Below, one piece after another: positions 50,450 through 61,199 of a stretch of 64,000 nucleotides of DNA. The translations under genes were made by a program, and so were the position numbers. This DNA is from Nymphaea colorata (taxonomy: Eukaryota). The notes under the pieces are model-generated. The model worked only from the letters and a program-made list of their open reading frames with translations, ran no database searches and had not been told where the DNA came from. The stretch spans positions 10,912,001 to 10,976,000 of the forward strand of contig NC_045138.2 of NCBI RefSeq assembly GCF_008831285.2, given 5' to 3'. The first letter of the stretch is position 1. The number at the start of each line of letters is the position of its first letter.

Positions 50450-52032
50450 ATTTGCATAATTACAATGATTTAAATGGATCTCTTTGAAAGTAATTACAAG
50501 TTAATCTCATTAGATGATCTAAAATTGTGGAAATCAAGGACTTAGACTTTGCTTGTATCATTATTATAATAATTTAGATGAGCCCTTATAGATGCAATTA
50601 TAAGTTAAGCTCATTGGATGAACTATAATTGTGCAAATGAATGACCTAAATCAAATTATGCAAATGAAGGAAATAAATCTCGTTCATATTATTTCGTACT
50701 TATGTTTCTAAACATTTAAATGAATCTCTATAGATGTAAGTAAACGTTATTCTCATTAGATGATCAAAAAATGAGTAAATGGATGACTTAAATCTCTTTC
50801 TTATCATTATGATATAATTATAATAATTTAAATGAATATTTATGAATGTCATTACAAGTTCATCTTATTATACAATCTAATTTGTACAAATGAAGGATGT
50901 AAATTTGTTCATTTCATTTCTTGTGATGCTAATCATTGAAATGAATGTCTATTAATTGTATGTTAATCTCATTAAATGAATTACATGTACAAATGAAAGA
51001 CTTAAATCTCATTAATTTTATTCCATACTTGTGATTTCAAATAATTCAAATGAATCTCTATAGAGATATATAAGTTAAACTCATTGGATGAACTACAATA
51101 TAGCGAATGAAGGTCATAAATCTCATTCATGTTATTTTATACTTGTGATTGTAATAATTTAAATGAATGTAATTCAAGTCAAAGTCATTAGGTGATCTAA
51201 AGTTGAACAAATGTTGAACCTAAATCCCATTTGCATCATTGCATAATTGTAATTGCTAATCATTCAAATAAGTCTTTATAGATTTAATTAGAAGTTAATA
51301 TCATTATACAAACTACAATTGTAGCAATGAAGGATGTAAATCTTCTTCATTTCATTATGTACTTGTGATTCTAATCATTTAAATGAATCTCTATGGATGT
51401 AATTGTAAGTTGAATTCATTGGACGAATTGCAATTGTCCAAATGACTAACTTAAATTATGTTCATTTTATTACGTACTTATGATTACAATTGTTAAAATT
51501 AATCTCTATAGATATAAGTATATGTTAAGCTCATTGTATGAACTACAATTTGAACAAATAAAGGATCTAAATTTTATTCGTTTCATTTTATAGTTGTGAT
51601 TACAATCATGTAAATGAATTTCTATAGATGTCATTACAAGTTAATCTCATTAGATGAACTGTAGTGTTGCAAATAAAGGACCTAAATTTTGTTCATATCA
51701 CTAGGTACTTGTGGTTTTAATGATTTAAATGACTCTCTAAATATAATTACAAGTTAAGTTCATTGGATGACTATAGTTATGCAAATGAAGAACCTAAGAC
51801 TCCTTCTTTCATTATGTGCTTGTGATTATAATCATTTAAATGAATTTCTAACAATGCAATTACATGTTAATCTCATTAGATGATTGTAAACTATGCAAAT
51901 GAAGGACTTCAATCTTACTTGTATCATTATATACATAGATTACAATCATTTAAGTGAATCTCTTTAAATTACAAGTACATAATAACTACAAGTTAATCCA
52001 TAGAGATTCTATTAAAGCTAATGATTGTAATC
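50450..52032 (+). repeat. ~115-bp satellite array, forward orientation (~13 copies), ending in short inverted pieces
   Basis: The ACTTGTGATT-like marker occurs at 51361, 51476, 51592, 51707 and 51818 (period 111-116). Confidence 0.9.
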
Positions 52033-52978
52033 AATAACATCCAAAGTTTCTAGAGGCTAGTAGTCTTGTCCTTGGAGCAACTAGAGGGTAATTTTGAGCC
52101 CTCAACTTTGAATCACGTTCCTTCTTCCTAGTTTAGGCATTTTCCTTCGAGCCTAGGTGCTTTTGTAGAGTTGTGCCCTGGCTACCCCAGCAGTTTGAAC
52201 TGAGCATGAAACTGACTTTGTATGCTTGGTAAAACCCTAGTTGAAGTCGGATGGACACATATGGTGAAATAGGAAAATAGATCCAGAAAGCTGGTTTCGT
52301 GTTCAAATTAGATCCAAAACCAAAATTTAGATCAAAATAAAAAATTTAAATTCAAAAGACTCCTTGAATTAGATCCAAAACCAAAATTTAGATCAAAATA
52401 AAAAATTTAAATTCAAAAGACTCCTTCTTTCATTACGTACTTGTGATTATAATCATTTAAATGAATTTCTAACAATGCAATTACATGTTAATCTCATTAG
52501 ATGATTGTAAACTATGCAAATGAAGGACTTCAATCTTACTTGTATCATTATATACATAGATTACAATCATTTAAGTGAATCTCTTTCAATTACAAGTACA
52601 TAATAACTACAAGTTAATCCATAGAGATTCTATTAAAGCTAATGATTGTAATCAATAACATCCAAAGTTTCTAGAGGCTAGTAGTCTTGTCCTTGGAGCA
52701 ACTAGAGGGTAATTTTGAGCCCTCAACTTTGAATAACGTTCCTTCTTCCTAGTTTAGGCATTTTCCTTCGAGCCTAGGTGCTTTTGTAGAGTTGTGCCCT
52801 GGCTACCCCAGCAGTTTGAACTGAGCATGAAACTGACTTTGTATGCTTGGTAAAACCCTAGTTGAAGTCGGATGGACGCATATGGTGAAATAGGAAAATA
52901 GATCCAGAAAGCTGGTTTCGTGTTCAAATTAGATCCAAAACCAAAATTTAGATCAAAATAAAAAATTTAAATTCAAAA
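51796..52978. repeat. Near-identical tandem segmental duplication (51796-52357 = 52417-52978; offset 621) with a ~60-bp filler
   Basis: About 5 substitutions seen over ~560 bp. The filler 52358-52416 repeats the end of the unit. Confidence 0.9.
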
Positions 52979-54784
52979 TCCAAAGTCGAGGCCAAAATAT
53001 CAATTTTCGACACTATTAAGTGCTACACGTGCACACACGAGTGGCCCATTTGTTTTTCAACCCAACCTTGCGTTGAAAATTTTGAAATGTGTTTTGAGCC
53101 CGAAACCCTCTGCCTAACTCTTGATTTGAGCCTTGGGCATCCATTGTAATGCTTCGCCAATCAAGCAAACCTGATCCGAATTTAAAGCATGCCCAGAACG
53201 ACACAAAACAAAGTTGGATCTACCTTAATCAAAAGACCATTTTGCCTCAAAATTGTATTTTTAAAAAATAAGTTTTAAATTGTTTTAGGTGGGACCCACC
53301 TAAGGAGGCAAAGCCACCGTATTGGCCCATTTTTGGGCCAATAGCCCCCGTTTGAGCATGCTTGGTGCGCTACCAAGTGCCTTGGCCATGAAGAACAAGG
53401 TGCTCTGGCCAGGGTGCACGGCCACGCCCGCAATAGCGCCCTTGCGCTATCACGCATGGCACCAGGCATTGCTGTGCAGCCGAGATTGCACAGATTGAAA
53501 CATGGCCTGCCTCTGTTGTTGACAAAATTTTCCCCTTGGGGCTGTTTGGGCCTAGGTTGGTCAGTATTAACCATGCCAACCCTCCAAAGGGTGTTTGCAG
53601 GGCTAATGAACAATTCTCTTTGGTCATGACCTGAAAATTAAAAAAAAAATGAAAATAATTCAAAAGAATTTGAAATTTGCATGAAAATCTTGTGAAACTT
53701 TAAAAAAAAAATCAAATTATGAGTTTTGGCTCCAAAACTCTATTAATACTCCCCAAATATTCACTCTTGAGTATTAACCAACCTTTGGAGAACTTCTAGA
53801 GCTTTCCCACTTTATGTGTAGGAGTTCCCCCCCTCTACTCTTCCCTCTCTGTTCTTGCCTCTCTTTTTTCAACCTTAGGTGTTAGTCTCTTCCTCAACTT
53901 CCATTCTTCAAGGGAACATTAGGAGAACTCTTGGAAATCATCATCAACACTTCAGAGTCTCACTTGAAAAGCTCATGATCATTTGGGATATAAGATTCAT
54001 CTTTCTTCAATCACTCCATTTAAAGGTATGTACCCATCTTCACATGCATTTTTTCCCTTCATCATCTCTCCATTATGATGCAAGAGAGCTCTAAAAACTT
54101 CTCTTTCAAAAGCTACTCTTGAGTGCACAAAGAGCATGAGCAAGGTGAAATAAATTTCATTTCTCTCTTTAAGCCCGAAATTTATTCATTTTCTTTTCTC
54201 ATGAATGTATGCATGTTTATGTTTATGATAATCACATATAGTTGCTTGATTTTCAATTAAAATGTGAATGAATAGTAAGCATGAGAACTTGAGATGAGAT
54301 TCTTTTTTTTATCATATTAATTTTTGAGGTTGAGACTCGTCAAATATAAGAAAGTTCCTACATATATGTACATGTTAAAATGCATTTTCATGACATTCCT
54401 ATGCTTAGTATTGATTATTTTTCCTAATCACCCAATTAGTGATCCCAAGAAAAGCTCCCTTGCGATATTAACTTTTCATTTCATGTATGTTTGACAGCTA
54501 CTGTTTCATTAGATATCTTACAACCCCAATGGTGAGAGAAATAAGTTTCCTTATAATAGATAAAAGCAAGTTACAATGAGGATTGTTTTTATATACATAT
54601 ACAAATATATTTTGAATGTCATTTTTTAAAAAAAATAAAATGTAAAACCGTATTCAAAGAGACGATGAAGACTTAGCCTAGGCTCTTTCATGAGCCCAAG
54701 TTCCTCCCCTGCCTGCATTAAAAGATTGAAGTAAAAAATCCTCAAAATTATCTCTTGTTCTTAATTTCCCTATATGTATGTACG

Positions 54785-54789
<5 letters not shown>

Positions 54790-54842
<53 letters not shown>

Positions 54843-54922
54843 CTTCTCTTTTAAAGCCTCTTTTTCCATCTCCCTCTCTCTCTTTGAGTTAAAATCCTCT
54901 TTTTCATATATATATATAAATG

Positions 54923-54982
<60 letters not shown>

Positions 54983-55069
54983 TATATTTGACTTAAAATC
55001 TTCTCTTCCATATACCTATCTTTCTTTCTCTAAAATTCTTTATTTCTCTCTTTGACTTAAAATCCTCTC

Positions 55070-55123
<54 letters not shown>

Positions 55124-55218
55124 CTCATTCTCTCTCTAAAATCTCTTTTTCTATTTGTCTCTCTTTGACTTTAGATCTCTCTTCTATAGGTTCTTCACAC
55201 ACACACACACACACACAC
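54790..55218. repeat. (TA)n and (CA)n microsatellite cluster within the putative Ogre LTR
   Basis: (TA)n at ~54790-54839, ~54906-54987 and ~55074-55119; (CA)n at ~55196-55218. Confidence 0.95.
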
Positions 55219-56080
55219 ATAGATACCTTTCTTTCACTAATTTCTTTTTCTTTCTCTCTCCCTTTCTTTCTTTTTCTCTATCTCTTTTCTAAATCTCTCT
55301 TTTGTAAGTCCTAAAATTTTCATTTATCAAACTTCAACAATACTGAAATTCAAGTGATCTATTTAATGTTAGAGCCATGCTTGATGGTCTACAATCTTAT
55401 TCTACTTTAAATTTTCTTTTGAAATGAGAGTATTTGGATAGAATGATAGATGACACATAATTTAATGTATGAAAATCTTGATGCATGTAATGATAGAAAT
55501 ACTTTTAGATGATTGTCATGATAGTAATGAACCAATTATTTTCAAGCATATTGAATCAATGCATTCATGCATTTACAATCACTTATAGAATTCACAAGTG
55601 GTCATAAGCACATTTATAGAGAACTCAAGCAAAATGAAGTGGAACTCTAACTAGGTAGTAACCAAATTAGAGAATATATCTCAAACCTGCTTAAGATTTC
55701 AAGGAAACACTAAATTGATTCCAAAAGAGATCTCCAAGGTTTCAAAGATACTCAAACACTATTTGCAAAGTTTTCTGGATTAAAAAATCTCTCACATCAA
55801 AATGGTTTATTCCCTCGAATAGTACTTCAAAATCTTCTCATCTAAAAAGTTTATGAGATATTGATCTTCAAAGATTTTTGCCAAGCACCACACCACATTT
55901 AGGGTAAAAATGATGTTTTAGTAAAAATGAAATGCATCAAGAACAAACATAGCCCTTGGATTAGTTACCACCAGTAAAGGCACTGGAAATACATTCCAAT
56001 GGGCAAGTGCCTTTTTCTTTATAAGAACTTATTTTTTTGAAGCACTTCAAAAATCAAATCAAATTTGGGATGCAAAGAGA

Positions 56081-56098
56081 TGGTGACCATGATGGGAC
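56081..56098 (+). promoter_or_regulatory. Putative primer-binding site (tRNA-Arg type)
   Basis: TGGTGACCATGATGGGAC directly follows the LTR-like end. It resembles TGGCGACCAC..TGGGA (complement of a tRNA-Arg 3' end) altered by transition mutations. Confidence 0.5.
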
Positions 56099-56929
56099 CC
56101 ATCATGGTTTGGCTATGTTTACTATTGATTCATTTCTATTAACTTAAGCATCATCTATATTGCTGACGTTAAAGAATGTCCCCTTTGGCCTTGATCTCGT
56201 CATTATTACATCACATGGTTTGGTGGATATGTTTGCTGTCATGCATATAGGATTAATTGAAGATGATCAATCATATTCACCTAGATCTAAGTTCAAATGT
56301 TACATTCCTCAATTTAAGGTTTGATTGAAAATAATGTTTGTTCTTATACCTTATTTTAATTACCATCTTAAGCAATATTGCCTTAAAGATAACTGATTTT
56401 GCATGCTTGTTCACATTTCAAAAATCTCCTTTACCTATTTATCTAAGTCATCATGTTGCCGGAATTGGTCTTAGGTAGTAGCACAAGACTAAGCCTTACA
56501 ATTTCAATTTCACCATACCTTGGGTGAGAAAGCCTCATCGTTAGTATCATGTGTAGTAATTATGATATATTGACGGGTGACCAATGAAAAAGAAAAAAAA
56601 CCCTACCCTTAGTTGCCGAAGGAAGAATTTATTCTAGTGCTAAGCTATTTGGATAAAATATATAAGCATAAATTTATCTCAATTAGACTACTATATGCCA
56701 TTTTTCTAAAAAAATTACATGATAGATGTATGTGATTTAGGGAGTGTTGGATGCACATAAACCATGTTTGATAATTACAACCTAATATCACTTTCATTAT
56801 ATATCTCATTTTCATGTCATTCTCGTTAGCTTTGTCAATCATTCTCACTAATTTATTATCCAACCATTACAGCCTAGAGTCAAGTTATATTCTTTCCAAC
56901 ATGATGTCATATTCCCCTATGATCACAAC

Positions 56930-57855
56930 CTCTTCTGAGAGAGGCGTGAATGATCTACATATACCTCCCTTAAATCTGGACACTCTCTTGAATGGTATCA
57001 GTCTTGGCATCTTACCTTCTCTCGGATGTTTCCTTCTTACTTTGAAGAATGTGAATTATTGATAGGAGCAGCCAGAGGAACACAACTAGTGAATAGGAAT
57101 TTGGTGCATGTTATTGCTGAACGATAGAACCCAATGACTTTTTTTTTTTGTTCCCTTGGGGGAAAATGACTGTGTTGTTAGATGAGTTCACTGAAATATT
57201 AGACCTTCCTATCCCGACTTGTAATCATAACTCATTAGGAAAGCAATTTCTTATAAAACCCAACCCAATGTAAAAGCAAATGACCTTGTGACTCACTTTA
57301 CCAAACCAAAGACTTGGCCCCTAATAGAAGACAATGAGAATCAAAACATCAACTTGAAGAGCCTACATGAAGAATTCAGAACATTTGTTGAGCCCTCCAC
57401 TTTGTATTGGAAAGCAATAGAAAGAATCAAGCTTTGCATGATGCTTTGTACAATTGGGATGATCCCCCTTACCAATGGGACCTACCTCTAAGATGTTCAC
57501 ATTGACCAACTTTTTCAGATGTAGAGGCATAGTGGGACCCAACACTTGTTGGTGGCAATGAAGGTCTTGTTGGTGGCAATGAAGGTTCTGACCTACATTT
57601 GTTGTAGGCTCATTCATTTCACTATTAGAGATATAGATTATGTAAAAGTATGCACATGTGTCTTGCAGCTGTGATTTCTCAAGCATGTAGTACCTCGAGT
57701 CAATCAGTTCAGAAACATTGATGGAGCACTAACAATCTTGGAGCAGTACCGCCGATTGATTGAACAATTAAATAAAGAAAATATTCTTTGAGATTATTAT
57801 GATCGTCGCCAGGATTCATCTAATTAGACTCACCACTACCATGGTCGTACCACAC
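56930..57855 (+). pseudogene. Remnant of an extra ORF upstream of gag with plant-mobile-domain (PMD)-like motifs
   Basis: LVHVIAER*NPMT..PWGKMTVLLDEFTEILDLP at 57101-57210 resembles the PMD motif L.ERW...T.TF.FPWGEMTITL.D...ILGLP. Many stops. Confidence 0.6.
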
Positions 57856-60066
57856 TAAGGATGTCAATGATTCGGTTTCCAATCAGATATCTGATAGATT
57901 CGTCTAACATCCGATTGAAAATTCGGTCAGATTTGGTTTTAAGAATATGCTTCCTTCCAATCGAATTGGAATACGGATTCGGGTTCAGATAAGTGGCCGA
58001 TCATGGTATCCAAATTTAAATATCTGAAGCCCAATCGATTTGCATATGGATTCAGATTCAAGTAAGTATATAAATTTAAATATCCAAATCCGAAATGTAG
58101 GTAGTTGGCTTTTAATATCCGAATCCAAAGAATTGTATTGATCCGTTGAGAATTTGGTCATGCCTGTGGGTTTTGAAGTTGAAACCTGCCATAACAGTGA
58201 ATCCTTATTGTAAAAGCAATAACCAGAGCGACAACTTTAATTACATGATAAAATGTGAACATAAAATTTACATAAATTTGTTTGCTCACATAAGCCTAAC
58301 CTAAACTGCAAGATGGATTAGTCCTATCATACAAAGTACTATACACGTAAACATTAAAATATGAACCCAACCTAAGGCAAAGTTTTAGCTTATTTAAACT
58401 AAATAAGTAATATTGTATAAAAAATTCTCAGTGAAAATAAAAACTACATTTTCAAAATAATTTTGATATAGAGTTTTATTAAGTAAACAATTTTAATAAT
58501 ATGAAAATAATAATTTATTTTCAATATTTGAAACTTTGTATGGTTTCAATTTTATTGACATGTCTCTCAAGATATTATCAATATTTGAAAATTAAAATTT
58601 ACATTTCAAATAAGCCTTTTGTGATGCAAACAAAATTTTTCATTAGCTAATTAATAAAAAAGACATACTTTTATAAGTAATTGGATCATTTGATCAAGTA
58701 AATTGAAAGAAGATTAATTAGTCAAAATAAAAAGAAAGGGATGGTTTGCAAAATAACTGAAATTAATATAAAGCATTTCAATCAAAAGTTATTAAAACTT
58801 TAAATTATTCATAATGGATATCTAATAGTATAATACTGAAAGCTAATGTTTTTTTATCAATGTTTGCTGAAGAAATTTTTTTATTATTTAAAAATGTGAA
58901 ATCAATGTTCAATGTGTACATTTAATATGAAAAAATATGAAAAAACTTGTTTATTGAAAAAACTATTTATCTAATTAATCGGAGAAAGTATTTGAAAATA
59001 ACACAAAACTTCTAAATCAAGAATTAGGTTGAGTGATATAGGTGATATGGGTTTAGTAGTTTCTTTTTGTTTGTATTGATTTACTCCATCTGATACAAAA
59101 AAGTGTTTGTTATGAAAAACTTATTTATTGAAGAACCTATTTCTTTAACTAATCAAACAAATCATTCATTATAAGCAAAGATATACAATGAGTGAGTCGA
59201 GCTCGAGTTCGGCCAGGTCGAACTCGACTCAAGCTTTATGAGGTGAGCTCAAGATCGACTCGCTTAACCATGTCCAAGCTCGAGCTTCACTCGTTTAGGC
59301 TTGTGTTTTTTAATATATATTTATGCTGAAAATTTTCACATTTTTATTTAAGTCATTTTTAAGTTTTTGCAATTACAAAAATAAGTATTAGTGTTAAACT
59401 AGTCTAATCAAGTCAAGATCATATAACTCGAACTTGACTTGTTTACAAACTTAAGTTAACAATTAAGTTCGAACTCGACTAGTTTAACTTATGAGTCAAG
59501 TCTAATCGAGCGAGTTCGAGTCGAGTCTAAGTTGGGTTGACTTGTTGATCATCCCCCTTAAGTATAAGCATGCAACCTTGGAAGAAAAAATTATTGACTT
59601 GAGAAGCTAGTTATTTTAAATAAGTATTTAGAAAAAAGAATAGCTCAATAAATAAATGCAACAGTTTTTTTAATTAATTTAATAAAATAAACAACTATTT
59701 AGTATGTACAATATTATTGGTCAAATTTGTGTCACAATTTAAAAGTTTGGATATCAAATTTAAAAGTCTTCTGATCAGAATCACTTTTTTGAATATAAAA
59801 TTCAGATTCAGATTGAAATTCCAAATTCATAATTAGATTTTTGAATTTAAAAGTCAGATTCCGATTGGAATTGGATTTTGACTTAAGATTTGGATTTGTA
59901 TTTGGATTGGAACTTGTTTTGGTTTTGAAAGTGGGATTCATATACCATATAGATTTTTTTTTCATCTGCATTTGTATGTGAATTTGAATCCGAATATCTA
60001 ATTATCCGAAAAATCAAGTATGACAAAGGGTATATCTGATCTGAATCCGATCCATTGACATCCCTA
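57856..60066. mobile_element. Non-autonomous Ac-like hAT element (2211 bp) inserted in the Ogre ORF1 region
   Basis: TIRs TAAGGATGTCAATG / CATTGACATCCCTA. Perfect 8-bp TSD TACCACAC (57848-57855, 60067-60074). Subterminal ATCCGA/TCGGAT repeats, AT-rich interior and no transposase. Confidence 0.9.
59176..59560. mobile_element. Nested hAT-type MITE with CTCGAG/ACTCGA repeats
   Basis: Flanks ATTATAAG (59168-59175) and AGTATAAG (59561-59568) form a near-perfect 8-bp TSD. The right end reads ATCATCCCCCTTA and the left TIR is degenerate. Dense GAGCTCGAG/GAACTCGAC motifs lie at both ends. Confidence 0.55.
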
Positions 60067-61199
60067 TACCACACTCTTGGGGCCCTATTTCATAGTAGAT
60101 TACTATGTTGATAGATGCATGCGACAATTCTCTAAAGGTAGAAGAAGGTTGTTGTAAATACATCAATTAGAGCTATTCTAGAATTCGATCTCAGCTCTCT
60201 TCAGTAGGCAACATTGTTTGTAGTAGCTCACGAAAATGAGAGATACAAATATCCTACACTTGGTCCATAGGCCCTATAGTAATGAAGGAATATGCCTAGT
60301 GGTGGGATGCCAAGCGACCACCATCCATTCTCCATTGATAATTTATGTTGTCAAACTCTCTACTCCTCCTTTCTTGTCTCTTTAGTTATTGTCCTCTTTA
60401 ACCATTCAATGTTTTTCTCTAGATGTATTTTTAAACTCTTAATGCAATATGAATCTTTCTTTTGTCGTCATTTCTTTTCAGTGACTTCCTTGTTTTGTCT
60501 CACAAGGTGAATATTTAAAGCCAACCGGATGATTGAAACAATAGCACAAGCTAAGCAAGCTCCTTAGAGTGAAACCTCATCTTCTAGTCCCATGTCAGAA
60601 ATGCTTGGCTTTCCAGCAGTTGAACTAGAAGGTTACCAAATGTTATGGTTATTTATGGAGTGATTCATGAGAGGCAAGAAGAGCAAAAGATATTGATAAT
60701 AAACCCAAAACCAGCATGTGAAAAGCCTACCAAGCTAAAATGAAACAAGAACAACAAGCCTTTTCATACAAACCAGGACAAGGACAACCTAGGTTCACAG
60801 TAAGAAAAACAAGCTTCAATTGCCCCCATTGAACATGAAAAAGGCAGTGAAAAAATGCAAGAATGGAAAAGAGCGCATTGAATACAGTAGCTCACCTAGC
60901 CCCGTTTCAAGCAAAAGTCCAAAGGAGAATCCTCTAAAGAAAAGAAAGCCCCCAAAGAATGCGAAAAAGCTAAAAAAAAAAACCCTCAAATAGTAGTTTG
61001 GACAGCAAAAGTTCTAAGGAGACAGAGAAAAAAAAATTAAGAGAAAAAAAAAGATGAAATCAGATTCAGATGAATCAAGTGACAATGAAAGTCCACTCCA
61101 ACACAAGTTTTACAAAATGAAAAAGAGAATGAATAACCTTGAACTTAAGGAGAATGGAAAACACTGGTACTCATATAAAGACTTCTTTTAGGCATTGAA

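Noticed and set aside
54678..54996. YI-repeat ORFs
   Set aside because: These are translations of (TA)n microsatellites.
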